From Octopus sinensis (taxonomy: Eukaryota): a DNA stretch of 64,000 nt. Within the stretch, counting starts at the first letter, position 1; the number at the start of each line of letters is the position of its first letter. The stretch covers positions 103,602,001 through 103,666,000 of the forward strand of contig NC_043003.1 of NCBI RefSeq assembly GCF_006345805.1, read 5' to 3'. The notes under the pieces were generated by a model. That model had not been told where the DNA came from. It did not search any database and worked only from the letters and a program-made list of their open reading frames with translations. This document shows positions 23,684 through 38,938 of this stretch, piece by piece. A program made the position numbers and the translations under genes.

Positions 23684-24472
23684 GTCTAGCCAGAACAACT
23701 CAAGCCCAAGTGATATCAACATCTAGCAGCCACAATATTAAAACATCTTTATATAAATTAAAACAAAATCAATGTAAGATTATATATATATAAAAAGAAA
23801 CATAATTAAACTATAAATGTGAAATAGAAATTGAGTGACCTCCCTATACCTGGAGATGAACTATCTTCTAGGATAAATCAGAGTACCTTCATAGCAGTGG
23901 CAAATCTTCGTTGCTAGTTCTTCCCAATCAGAACATTGTTTGCATGGTATCTTGACAGATCGTTCGACAGATCTATCTGCAGCTTGAGCGTGATTTGAAC
24001 ACCAATGTATTCTTTACTGTCTAAGGTGAAGGTGAACTCGTCCCGGTGGGTCTTGGACTCTTTCCTCTTGGTTCAATTTTTGTTTCCGCTGTCTTTTCTC
24101 TTTTGCCGTCAGATACAGTTTATCACTCCACCTTTAACCTTCTATTTTCCCCTCATAATCGTGAGACAATTGGATGGTGGTACTGGTAGCTGTGAAACTT
24201 GCTTCCTGCTCGTTGGTATCCTGGTCACCAGCTGCTGGTATTAAAAATGATGCAAATGTTTCATCAGTTTTCGAAGCTGAGACGAGTTGTTTTCTGAAAA
24301 CAAGTCTCTGTGCCGTACTATTGCGATGCTGCAACAGCGTTTTGTTACAGCTCGAGGAGAGTTCAGCCTGAGAATTATGAGAACGGGCCAAGAGTTTTTA
24401 TATGTAATAATATTACATTATTTACATTATTTATATTCGATGGAAATTTGTCCTCATCTTGTTTGTTGTTAA

Positions 24473-24514
24473 CACAGAGTTTCGGCTGATATACCCTCCA
24501 GCCTTCTTCAGGTG
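24473..24514 (-). ncRNA. Hammerhead-like motif with damaged cleavage site
   Basis: cac-CTGAAGA-a-ggctg-gagggtatat-cagcc-GAAAC-tct-gtg. Core and both stems are intact, but the expected G before UH is lost. Confidence 0.45.
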
Positions 24515-24582
24515 TCTTGGGGAAAATTCGAACCTGGGTTCTCATTCCTAAGGAATTTTTTATGTTGTTGTTGTTGTTGTTG

Positions 24583-24638
<56 letters not shown>

Positions 24639-24957
24639 GTTATTGTTATTATTCAGGTCACTGCTTGGAATCAAACTCGGAATCTTGGGGTTAGTAGACC
24701 GCTCGTGAGCATATGGCGTAGTGGCGTAGTGGTTCCTACTAAGGAATTTAAGACAATCAGCGTCGAAAAACTGGCGATTTGGGCGAATTAGATAAGAAAA
24801 GCTTTCCATGATATGACAATTTTCTGACGAGAAGCGGTGTTAGAAGTCTGAGTAAATCCGATCTGAAACAGGAATGAAGGTCTCAGAGTGAAAATCTGCC
24901 AAAAGCATTTCCAGTAGTTGTTGACTGGCTTTCAACGATCTCACTGGCTGCCAGATG

Positions 24958-25250
24958 GAGGCACATGGCCTAGTGATGAGAGCAGCGGACTCGCAGTCAA
25001 GGGATCGGGTGTTCAAATCACAGACCGGGCGATGTGTGTGTTTATGAGCGAAACACCTAAGCTACACGTGGCTGCAGCAGAAGGTAAAAGCGAACTTCTG
25101 CTGACTCTTTCGCCACAACTTTCCCTCACTCTTTCCTTCTGCATCTTGCAGCTCACCTGCGACGGACCGGCGTCCCGTCCAGGTGAGGAACTTATACGCC
25201 AAGGAAACCGGGAAACCGGCCCTTATGAGCCAGGCATGGCTCAAGAAGGA
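24958..25250 (+). mobile_element. SINE family D (tRNA head; V-domain-like ctgcgacggaccggcgtcccgtccagg); related copies at 42105-42290 (+) and 50745-50955 (-)
   Basis: A-box-like tggcctagtg and B-box-like gttcaaatc. Segments are shared among the three copies. Confidence 0.7.
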
Positions 25251-27553
25251 GGAAAACTGACTGCCAGGATGATGTGGCCATTTGCCTCTTTGTTTTTAGC
25301 TTCTCTTAAACCAGTTGGTTTTCTTTAATAAGTTCATTGGTCTATCGCTTCATCGTACACCACACATCTTCGTCCTCTAGCTTGATTCATTCAACATGAA
25401 TATTTTCAATGCAACTGGGCATAAGTTCACTAGTTACATTCATATTTACATTTAGTGAAAAAGATTGTGGTATCTGTTCCAACACAGATGCTGCAATCTA
25501 CGTTAGATTGAATCATTGCAGGAACTGTTCAAAGAAGACGTGGAGAGCACAAATGTTTGCAGACAAAAGTCCTTGAACCGATTTACCCTCTTTCCTCTTC
25601 CCAATGACTTGGTCTCCTATTTGAAATATGACAGACCCTCCACAATAAATAGAATCGTTCAATGTACAGCATAACAGGATGCATGCTGACAATTGCAAAA
25701 TGTGTTCAGCAAGGTTTTCAGCTCCTCTGGCCGTCCATCTTTTTCTTTCAGTAACTTCATGAAGTACTGATACACAGTGGACCAAGGCATGTACAGGTAG
25801 AGTCACTGCAATACGGTAAAAAAATCTGTCAGACAGCTTTTACATTTTTTACAGTCAACAATTGTCAGGTTGGGTCGGTGGACAAAGTAGGCAAAGACAT
25901 ACAGCTTCAGTCAAACATTGACGATTATCCAACTCGTGACCAAAACATCCTCATAGCATTGGACCACGCGTAACTGGGCGTTGACACCAATAGAGTTCAG
26001 CACCGACAGTATGTACTGCAGAAGCGATACAGAATCAAAATTAGAAGCTGTTCAATAATCAACAAATTCTTCACGAAAACCTAACCGAGAATGAGAGTTG
26101 TTTAGTTTAGTTTTCGGAAGCTTCTACTTCCTCTACCATTATTATGAAAGGTCCTGGCTTGGATATTTCTTGAGCTATGTCTTCATTTATGTCATGAAAG
26201 CGAAAATTGCGTTCTGAAAGCTGTGACGTAAATGTATTTTGCCCGTCCGTTATCCGATCCCTGATGGTAAAGTCGTGTGCCGATGTTAGGCCCATTATTT
26301 CTAGCACATTGCGATGCCTTTATTCACAATGTTCATATTTTCTTTGGGGAATCTGTTCTAATGCTGTAAATGTAAAACAGAGGCCAAACGGATAGATGGC
26401 GCCCATTTTCACGAACTCGCTTCACAGGAACTTCATTAGCCATTGATAACAGAAACGAGTTTTTAGCCGTCCCTTTATACAGAAGAGGTTTTGATATAGA
26501 ATTGAGATCTCTTGTGGATAACGAAATCCTCTTTTAACCAACAGCATACTAGAGCAACCGAAATTCTGTGTTCGCTGGGGCACCAGTCACAAACTGAAAG
26601 TGAGAAGTTATTAGATCATATACCAATTGATCGGGCAGTATCCCAGCCGTTTATCCACGAGTTCATGTTATTGCTTTATCCTCTTGTGGACCTTTTCTGA
26701 GAATCTTTTTCCACATATTCTCTCTAACGAGCAAACAATGGAACTTCATGAAGACAAATACTGAGGAAATCAGTGTTTTTAAGTGTTGAGGAAATAAGTA
26801 TCGATCTCGGCAGGATTCAGAACGAACATTTAAAGGCATTTGCCCAGTGTTCTAATGATTCTGCAAAGTAACCAACCACTTGTTTAGCATTTTAATGGTT
26901 TCAAGAAATGAGCATGGGTCCCATCTAGCAGCGGTTGAGACTGATGTCTGAGACTAACTTCAATTGTTTTTAAGTGATGAAAGGTATTTATGATTCTAAA
27001 GAGAAAGGAGAGAATGTGGAAGCAAAGAAAGGGAGATACAAACAAAGAAAAAAGGGAATAAAGAAAAGAAAAAAAAAGAATTCTTGCCACTTTTTGTATC
27101 CCGGCAACAATTTATATTTTATTTTCTATCCAAAATAGTAGAGTTCCTTCCACTGTTTACACTATGTTACCACGTGTATATGACGTGTTTTGAATTTATT
27201 GAAGTTCCCTATGTCGTACTTGCTCAGGTTGTTTTCTTGGCTTCTTTTAATTTTTTGAACAATTATTTCGTTTATATAAAAACTGTTGTGGGGTGTCTGA
27301 CAAACTTTTACCATTTTAAAATTGCTTTGATATATCAATTTTTGGTTTGACATTTAAAATTCTGCAACTCATTCCTGAAAATATTTAACAAAATAAATAA
27401 ATAAATGTATGTATTATGTCAGCATATAAACGTAAACTATCACACAGTCGAATAAATGAAATAAAGAGAAAGGAAAAAAATGAAAAACAAAAGAAAAACA
27501 ACAAAATGACGGCTTAGCATTTCTAAAAAATATTTCTATCTATCCATAGGTGT

Positions 27554-27720
27554 AGGAGTGGCTATGTGGTAAGTAGCTTGCTTACCAACCACATGGTTCT
27601 GGGTTCAGTCCCACTGCGTGGCACCTTGGGCAAGTGTCTTCTACTATAGCCTCGGACCTACCAAAGCCTTGTGAGTGGATTTCATAGATGGAAACTGAAA
27701 GAAGCCTGTCGTAAATATGA

Positions 27721-27788
<68 letters not shown>

Positions 27789-28335
27789 GTGTGTGTGTGC
27801 ATATGTTTGTGCGTCTGTGTTTGTCCCCCAACATCGCTTGACAACGTCCCCGTAACTTAGCGGTTCGGCAAGAGACTGATAGAATAAGTACTAGGCTTAC
27901 AAAGAATAAGTCCTGGGGTCGATTTGCTTGACTAAAAGGCGGTGCTCCAGCATGGCCGCAGTCAAATGACAGAATAAAAGAATAATAATAGCGTAGCTGT
28001 GGTAAGTAGCTTGCTTGCCAACCACATGGTTCTGGGTTCAGTCACTAGCCTCAGGCTGACCAAAACCTTGTGAGTGGATTTGGTAGACGGAAACTGAAAG
28101 AAGCCCGTCGTATATATGTGCATGTGTGAGTGTGTGTGCGTGTCTTAGTATCTGTTTTCGTCTCCTACTACCGTTTGACAACCGGTGTTGGTGTGTTTCC
28201 GTCCCCGTAACTTAACGGTTCGGCGAAAGGGATCGATAGGATAAGTATCAGGATTTAAAAAAGGACTAGGGTTGAGTCATTCCGTTTTAAAAAATTCTTC
28301 AAGCGGGGTGGCCAGTATGACCACAAATCTAATGA
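27554..28335 (+). mobile_element. Two tandem SINE family A copies (27554-27975 and about 27990-28335)
   Basis: Head, CORE-like segment and tail occur twice; the second copy is more degenerate. Confidence 0.8.
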
Positions 28336-28910
28336 CTGAAACAATTAAAAGATATAAGACAAAAAAAAACATAACACTTCACATTGTTTAGAGAGGATGG
28401 GGGGGGGAGTAAAGGAGAGATAAAGAAATAACTAAAGGGAAAAACTATGGAGGTAAAGGGGAGAAGGAAAGTGTGTAGATGAGAGAATAGTTATCAGAGA
28501 AGTTTTACAAACGAGTAAATTGCTTTATTTTCATTTTACTTTAAGGCACTGGCATGGGTAGAGTGCATGCCACCTCCGGGACCCAACAAAAATAAACATT
28601 GCCTCCACAAGATTCAAAAGTGGTGCCGCCCCCTCCACACCCCTCGAGCTACGTTAGCGCTTTAAGGTAATAAATATTTTCCGTTTGAAAATTAGTATCC
28701 AAGTCATCAATTTCTATAATCACCGAATATTTCCTGATAATGCAGGAAACACTCAAGTATATATATATATATTCTTGTTGCTTCTTTCTCGCTTATAATC
28801 ACCCCACATTACTGTATTGTTAAAACCGTATAGTTTTTTTTTGGTGCATCTAAGTTAGGTACCATATTCAAGTAAATTCATTTAAATTAACTTGAATCTT
28901 TATTGCTTTT

Positions 28911-28958
<48 letters not shown>

Positions 28959-29330
28959 ATATATAAATATTAGGGAATAAATCCAAATTCACAGGGAAAA
29001 ATCAGATTTAGGATATATATATATATATATATATGTGGCTTTCCACCACTTTGATCTGTTTTTTGTATTGAATACGTATCGCCACCGTGGGCCACTGCAT
29101 CGAACACTTTGAACATATACTTCAAACTATATATCAACTATACATGAACTCTAAGATGTCTGACTCCGTTGTGTATTATAAATGAATTTCTTGTGTTTGA
29201 CGGCATGAGCTGTCTTTTTTTATATATAACTTTTTTGATAAGGTTCATTTCAGGAACTGAAACATGTTATAATGTATATATAAAAATTAAAAATTGTATA
29301 ATACAGCAGCATTTTCGAACTTCATTTTTT

Positions 29331-29402
<72 letters not shown>

Positions 29403-29403
<1 letters not shown>

Positions 29404-30142
29404 TAGCAGTAATACCCGTCGTTCATCGGATAATTACTTTTACTCTTTCTCAGGAGTCGCATTCAAAGTATTAGTATATATATAATAGATTTCTCAACGG
29501 GTATTTCATGCGAGAGTTTCAGGGAGTCGCTGGCGATGTATCGTGATGATCAAAAATCCAGCCTGCTAAAATTTGGTTAAAGTGATTCAAACTGCAGACT
29601 CAATGCAAAATGGTCACATTTAATTCAAAGCGTTATAAATGTTATGAAAACAATTGGTATGTGTTCACAAAGTCCAAATGATTAATACGAAAATACCCTC
29701 CAGGCTACATCCCGAAAATTCATTTCTTTGCCGAATTTGTACAATGTTTATGGCGATTCGTTTTTATATCTTGATTTTTTATTTTTCATGCAATTTACGC
29801 ATGCTTGCATGTGTGATAAACACAGTTCATGTCAAACAGCCGACTGAGTAAAGTTCACTATTCAATGCATGGGATAAGGCCTAAACAAACACATTATCGA
29901 TTTTTGCACTTGCGAGATGAATTTCGGAACAGAAATAGCGCAGTTCAATTTTCATTCGCCTAAACTTTAAGTGACCCAATTTTGGTGGTTCTACGATTTG
30001 TTGGCTAGGAGGAGATGTGCCGGGAAGTTAAACACACAGACACACACACAGATACACACACAGACACACACACAGATACACATACAGACACAGACACACA
30101 GATACACACACAGACACACAAGTTGAGTTTTATATATATAGA
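29403..30142 (-). mobile_element. Non-autonomous Helitron
   Basis: A|TCTATATATATAAAACTC ... hairpin ... CTGCTAG|T, inserted between A and T without TSD. Confidence 0.7.
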
Positions 30143-30184
30143 TATATATATGTATGTTTGTGTGTGTATACACACACGCATACA

Positions 30185-32233
<2,049 letters not shown>

Positions 32234-32419
32234 TGTGACTAATTCTGAGAAACATTACTTTCATTATTCACACATCGTCACTCCCGTAATGCAACATTTA
32301 GTCATTTTGGTTCAAATTGAAAAGTGTAAAACTATTTTCATTTTCTAATGAAACCTGGTCGTTGTAGAGAAGTGTATTTGAAATAACAATAGCTGGTTGT
32401 TGAGATAATGTATAAAATA

Positions 32420-32760
32420 TATAAATGAAAATTTATGACATGTGTAATTGATTTGATTGTTCTGGTCTTAACATCAGTCGGTAAGAATAGAAGTCCTTTG
32501 ACGACGACACCTTTTTGTTTGTAATTGGCTCTCCTGATGCAGGTTCAATCCGTGGAATATTGAAATGATACCCATCTTGTCCATTCCACAGAATAAGAGG
32601 ATACCGGAGAGTATGATAAAAGGGGTGAGTCTGAGAAACACGTTTAAGGTTGATATCTCGAACACGAATGAGAATATCATGACTTTCATGGGGATCACCA
32701 GCCATAAGGGTGGCTACTTCATTAGATGTGGGCTCATTAAAACAGCGTAAAATGTTCTTT
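32420..32760 (-). pseudogene. Helitron RepHel fragment
   Basis: LKRVSQTHPFYHTLRYPLILWNGQDGYHFNIP...KKVSSSKDFYSYRLMLR..NQLH matches the conserved region upstream of the Helitron Rep domain (HP.YD.LQYPL..GEDG....FY.YRL..R). Confidence 0.8.
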
Positions 32761-33419
32761 ACTATAGTTTACTATAGACGTAAGGAACGCAGAAACACAC
32801 TCATAGAATTGATAATATTGGAAACAGCAAAATGTACACGTACAAAGTTCAAGCGAAACGAAATGTAGTCAATATAGGCGCAAAACATACGTTCTGTAGC
32901 ATAGTTATGCTATAAAAAAATGGAAAGTCACCAATTTAGCAAAAGTTACAATGCGTCACCGATGTAACAAAGTACAGAAATTCAACATTTATTTGGAACA
33001 TGTACTAAATGTTATAAAATCCACGATTGAATATCACGGTGAAGAAAGTGAAAGTCCAAGAAAATTCAGAAGGTATAATTCAATTTTTCATACAAAAATA
33101 ATTTATTTGACAATTTTGAAACGAACGCTGAACCAAGTATATAGAAAGGAAGATGCTGTTGTGAAGGTTAATTTTAAATATTTGCTAAAGGATGTTTGTA
33201 GCAAGATATAAATTAATTTGACATTACTACATATACAATGTCGTTTACGATAGGTGGCCAAAAGAAAAATGACCATGTTAAATTTTTGTTATGCAAATAT
33301 GTGAATGAAAATATAGTTTAGTTGGTAGCCAAAAGCCTACTGAATGTTTTGATACTCCATATGTCAAAATCGGCAACTCAGTTTTGGAATGCATAGGGAA
33401 CATACGCACACACATACAT

Positions 33420-33422
33420 ATA

Positions 33423-33482
<60 letters not shown>

Positions 33483-33521
33483 CATTATTATTATCATTAT
33501 TATTATTATCATTACTATTAC

Positions 33522-33580
<59 letters not shown>
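33420..33580. repeat. (TAT)n trinucleotide microsatellite; also 24563-24650 (GTT/TAT)n
   Basis: Read directly from the sequence. Confidence 0.95.
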
Positions 33581-33601
33581 TTTATGATATATATATGAGT
33601 A

Positions 33602-34381
33602 CTAGCTTAAAAGCCGCCCTATCAGGTGGCTTTTCAGCTAGCTCCTGTTGGGGGGGGGGCTCTTCATTAGGCCTTGGGCCAAACAAAGATACTATATGCA
33701 TTGAGTACGTATTAAACTTTATTAAACCTGAACTATATTTTTCAAGCAATGAACAATTTTCATCAAAACAACGATAAAATTTTGTCAAATTGGAACTTAT
33801 TGCAAAGCTGCATGATAACAACAGTACTACCATCATCGCCACCACATCTGCCATATACACCATTCAAACTTCTGACGCTACCACCATCAATGCATTTGAC
33901 TTCGCCGCCTTCCTCTCGACCTCTGCCTTTCACATCGCTTACTGACCACTTCGGTTACCACCACCGCCACCTCCGTCTCTATCACAAATACAGCTCATAC
34001 TATTGCTATCACCCCATATCCATCAGTGTTCAGTATGTTAGCTTAGAATGCTGGTTCAGTGTTCAGTCCCTCTTTCTCTCACATACCTTCTCTCTCTCTC
34101 TCTCTCTCTCTTCTTATTATTATTATTACTACTCCCACTGCCACCATCAACACTACTACTTTTAATAAAATATCATCAACTCTCCCTAAATTTCTTTTTC
34201 TCCCCCTCTTTTTCTTTCTCTCTCTCTCTCTGTCTTCGCCACCGCCCTCACCTTTTTTATGCTTTCTATTACTCTCACCCCAGCACGAGGAATAGTAGAA
34301 GTGTCATTGAAAAGTGTGAGAAAGGTTCAAAGTGTGACACACTGACACACAGAAATTAGTTTTTGCATTTATTATATTAGA
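33602..34381 (-). mobile_element. Non-autonomous Helitron with terminal palindrome
   Basis: 5' TCTAATAATATAAATGC and a 3' 40-nt hairpin ending CTAG|T. Confidence 0.6.
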
Positions 34382-34976
34382 TTAAGTAAGAAAATGAAAA
34401 GATTTAATGGATATGAATTAATTTCTTAATTAATTAATATCGCCTTCAATTGTTTCAATTCATAACCAATACAAATTACGAAACATATATAAGAAGAGCA
34501 CTCAGAGAGCGCAAATCTCTGCCAAGGCAACATCAACGTCCTCTCAACGATTAGCCAGAGGTGATTTTTAAAATGAGAATATCTGAAATAAACGCGACTG
34601 CTCTCACAAACGAGAATACTAAAAATGAACCCGATCGCTATCAAAGATTAAGTTTAAAAGAAAAACGGAAAAATAATCCAGCATCATTGACCGGTACCTG
34701 ATCGATCACAATGGTAGTCATGGAATGTGAATGAAGCAGTAGAAAATTTAGTAGCAGTAATAGATAGTTTGTCCTTATCTAATACACACCAAAGTTAACA
34801 AATTCACCATTCAAAATAGTATCAAAAGCGGGGATAATAAACAAATAGCACGAGACCTTTTGGTTTTCTCTTCTCTTAAATTCCAACCTTCCTTTAGTAT
34901 TCCTGTTGTTTTAGTTTGATGTATAGATGTATGTATATATGTGAGTATACTGTAAAGTGTTAATATATATGTATAA

Positions 34977-35489
34977 CTAGCAGTATCGCCCGGCGTTGCT
35001 CGGGTTTGTAAGGGAAATAACTATATAAGCATCTTTAGGGAGTTACTTCCCTTATAGATGCCAATTCGGGCTTTCTTAGCCATTTCTGTTTTGGTGTCTT
35101 CAAGCCATGAAGTCGTTATTCTAAAAGAACGCTGGTCTCCTTGACAACGCTTTACGACGTTGATTTCCTTAAACTCCCTTCCCCACAGCTTCACGAGGGA
35201 GGGAAGAAGGGGGAGAAGCAAACAGGTGCAGGTGTGACCATGGACGCCAACTCCGCCGCCATCGACACACGAAAAATTATGCATTAAAATGGAATAAAAA
35301 ATGATGTTAAATTATTTTTAAAATCGTAGACTCATCGTAGATGCGCGCTAATACTCAGACGGGCTCGATATGAATCACGACTATAAGATACCCGAATTTG
35401 GTTAAACTGCACCGCAAAATGTGGGAGTAGTTAGGAATCTAAATCGAAGGAGACAGACACTCACACAACTACAGTTTTATATATATAAA
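34977..35489 (-). mobile_element. Non-autonomous Helitron
   Basis: 5' (TT)TATATATATAAAACTGTAG and 3' cccgagcaacgccgggcgatactgCTAG|T. Confidence 0.7.
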
Positions 35490-35969
35490 TATGTTAGTGT
35501 TATTTAATTTCTGAACGGTTTTGCTGCCGTCTGTTTATGTAGCTTGATTTCTTTATCCTTCAATTTCTACTAAGGTAGAGACGCAAGTAAAATTAATAAT
35601 AGAAAAACGAAAATAAAACTTCGGAAACAGCATAGAGGGAGATAATTGAGAAAGACTTGAAAGTCAACATAAGATCGTAATCATGTAAAATAAAGTGAAA
35701 TATCATCAGGGCAAAGACTGTTAGGGTGTCTCAACTGATCAGCTTGTAAACTCTGTAATGTCCTTTGCCCTGAAGATATTTCACTCAAAATCTTCAAAAT
35801 GCAAACTTATATTATTATATATGTTTTGTAATTTGTAATGGGTGTGAATTGAAACAATTGCAGGCAATGTTAATTAATTAATAAATTAATTTATATCCAA
35901 AAGTAGAGAGTAACCAATCAGATTAATGCAAAATTGTTTTATCATAACATTAATATATACATACACACA

Positions 35970-36004
<35 letters not shown>

Positions 36005-36007
36005 GTG

Positions 36008-36043
<36 letters not shown>

Positions 36044-36630
36044 GATGTATGTATGTATGTATGTATGTATGTATATATTTACACTCTATACTGTTTTCTC
36101 CCCCATCGTTTTCTCTCATCCTTTCTCTAATTCCCTTTTTCTCCCCTTCACCGTTCTCTATCAGTCTCTCTCTCCCCCTCTTTCTCCTTTTCTCTCCCTC
36201 GTTGCTCACACATGACCCTCGACCATCTTTCTTTTCTTCACATGATCGTCTTCCTTTTCTTGCAGGACTGCCCTAAGGACTGGACATATCCTATCTCTCT
36301 CTCTTCTATCTTTTCTCTTGTCAAAGAACATATTTCTCCATCGTTCGCTATTTTATCCTCGTTCTGGTCTAACGACCCTCCATGTTTGTTTTCGTTCGGT
36401 TTCTTTGTATGTCTCCACTGTCCTGTATTTTTTCCCAACTTTGACCCTCCATAAATCCCAATGCTCAAAATGAGGAGTAGATGGACAGTCGATAACCGAT
36501 GAAGGGTTGTTCTTTATTTTACTTGTCCTGTTTTCCATTTGTTTCTCTCGTTGTTTGCGTATTGAACTCATTTGTTTTTGTATTTCATGTTGTTTACTGT
36601 TGGTGACGTCCTGTATCCATATATGCATAT

Positions 36631-36762
<132 letters not shown>

Positions 36763-36857
36763 AATCCAAACGGGAAACAAAAAAACAACAACAATGGAAC
36801 AATTACAGTATTATTATTAATAGGCGCTCAGGAAAAGGAAGCAGGGAGATATATATA

Positions 36858-36921
<64 letters not shown>

Positions 36922-36980
36922 GTACACACACATACATAGATACATACATATATATATATGTATGTATGAATGTATGTATG

Positions 36981-37012
<32 letters not shown>

Positions 37013-37041
37013 TGTATTATGTATGTATGTATGTATGTATG

Positions 37042-37089
<48 letters not shown>

Positions 37090-37139
37090 TGTGTTAATGT
37101 GAGATCGGAAAGATTCAGAACATTTGCGGTCTGTTCATC

Positions 37140-37620
37140 ATTCAGGACAGTAGCCAAAAAACTGATCCAGTCTTTGGAGATATCCCTCTGGGACAAATTT
37201 TCATTCAGAAAACATCATAACCAACCACTGTGTGCATTGCAATCAATGTACATGTGATAGCAAATATAAAGCTCAGACCAGCTTACCCCTAAACAATAGC
37301 AGGCAAGAGGAACTTAATAAAGCCGTAATAATAATGGGAAGACGATAAGAAGGGGCATAGCAGATCATTTCTATGGCGGTGGGAGGAAGTTAGCAACACT
37401 TGTACAATGGGGTCAAGATAACAGATATTGTGTAACGCTGGAAGATAAGAGCATGGGAAGAATTCGCACATATGCAGGGCTCTGATAACCTCCTCGAATG
37501 GGGCTAGTATAGGGAACACGAGATGGGGACGTTTCATTAAAAAAGACAATTATTAAACCTGGAACCAGAAAAAGGTTAGATTTAAAGCAACTAATTTCCA
37601 TTATCTAAATGTCCGACAGA
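37140..37620 (+). pseudogene. Highly degenerate GIY-YIG (PLE endonuclease)-like remnant
   Basis: Broken frames give NIITNHCVHCNQC..YKAQTSLPL, GIADHF and IRAWEEFAHM..NLL, echoing the order of GIY-YIG motifs. Confidence 0.35.
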
Positions 37621-37684
37621 ATAATGGGATTGTGAATATAAACATTAAGTGTTCCACATTCTCTATCTATCTATCTATCTATCT

Positions 37685-37759
<75 letters not shown>

Positions 37760-37992
37760 GTCTGTCTGTTTATCCATATACATGTACACACCACATGCAC
37801 AGGCACGCACACGCACGCGCACCACACACACACACACACACCCATACGCGCACGCACACATCCATACGCGTGGGCACACAACCATACAAGGTGGCCCAAA
37901 AGTAGGTTTACAGTTATCACATAGGTGCTTTAAATTTCTTTTAAAACATTTTACTACATTTAAATTTTTATCTTAAAATTAACTAAATTAGT

Positions 37993-38938
37993 GGATCTTT
38001 TCGCTTTGACCGGCAGATTTTTAAAATAATTTCTTTGTAACTAAACACTTTTAAACTTCGTATACTGGTAGAATGTGTTACATAAAACATCTTTTTCTCT
38101 TGGCTCTCTTGAGAAAATTCTGTAGTTTGTAAGATATTTGGTCTTTAATTTCTTGCATTTCGGCAATTTCAACCAATCAATGACGTCTATTGAGGTGAAA
38201 ACGATTTCTGCCGTAATGTGTCAACAACAGTTATTTCCGGTGTCATATGAAATTGTCCCTGCTATTTATGACATATTTCATATCAGTTACGTTCGTATGA
38301 ATAAAAGATTATCGTTATTAAACTTTTATTAATAAACACATAATCTAAGTTCACAACATATGCAGTTTTAATTTTCCTCTCTGTGGCACAGATACACACC
38401 TATTACATATATATTCGTTTGAGAAACAGATTGGGTTTATTTACATTTCTGAATAAAATAAGATACCCTTCCCCCACCCCTAATCCTAACCTTAACCCTA
38501 ACCCTAACCCTAACTCTAACCCTAATCCTAAAACTGATTGAAGTGCAATAGATCAATACTAGGGTCATAATTATGGGTGGACACTAAAGAGGGAACGGTT
38601 TTGTTATCCAGCTCTGTTTAGGAGTGACCCCTCAGTTTAAGGCCACATGATATCTTTTTTCTCATAAATAACAGGGACATTTTCATATGACACCACAAAT
38701 TATTGTTACTGACACACTACGGCAGAAATTGTTTTCACCTCAATAAACGTCATTGATTGGTTGAAATTGCCGAAATGCAAGAAATTAAAGAACAAATAGC
38801 TTACAAGCTACAAAATTTTCTCAAGAAAGCCAAGAGAAAAAGATGTTTTATGTAACACACTACAAGTATACGAAGTTTAAAAGTGTTTAGTTACAAAGAA
38901 ATTATTTTTAAAATCTGTCGGTCAAAGCGAAAAGATCC
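37993..38938. mobile_element. Larger MITE of the same family with ~220-bp TIRs and internal (CCCTAA)n; truncated third copy at about 39875-40135
   Basis: ggatcttttcgctttgac ... gtcaaagcgaaaagatcc. Flanks aaattagt / aaattagc. Confidence 0.75.

Noticed and set aside
24822-24885. CTGACGA...GAAAC on the plus strand
   Set aside because: Stem II pairs poorly and there is no matching stem I or triplet.
29231-29272. TTGATAA-ggttc..gaact-GAAAC-at-GTT, a possible second U3-A8 hammerhead
   Set aside because: Stem II and the palindrome fit, but stem I does not pair convincingly. Worth including in a computational scan.
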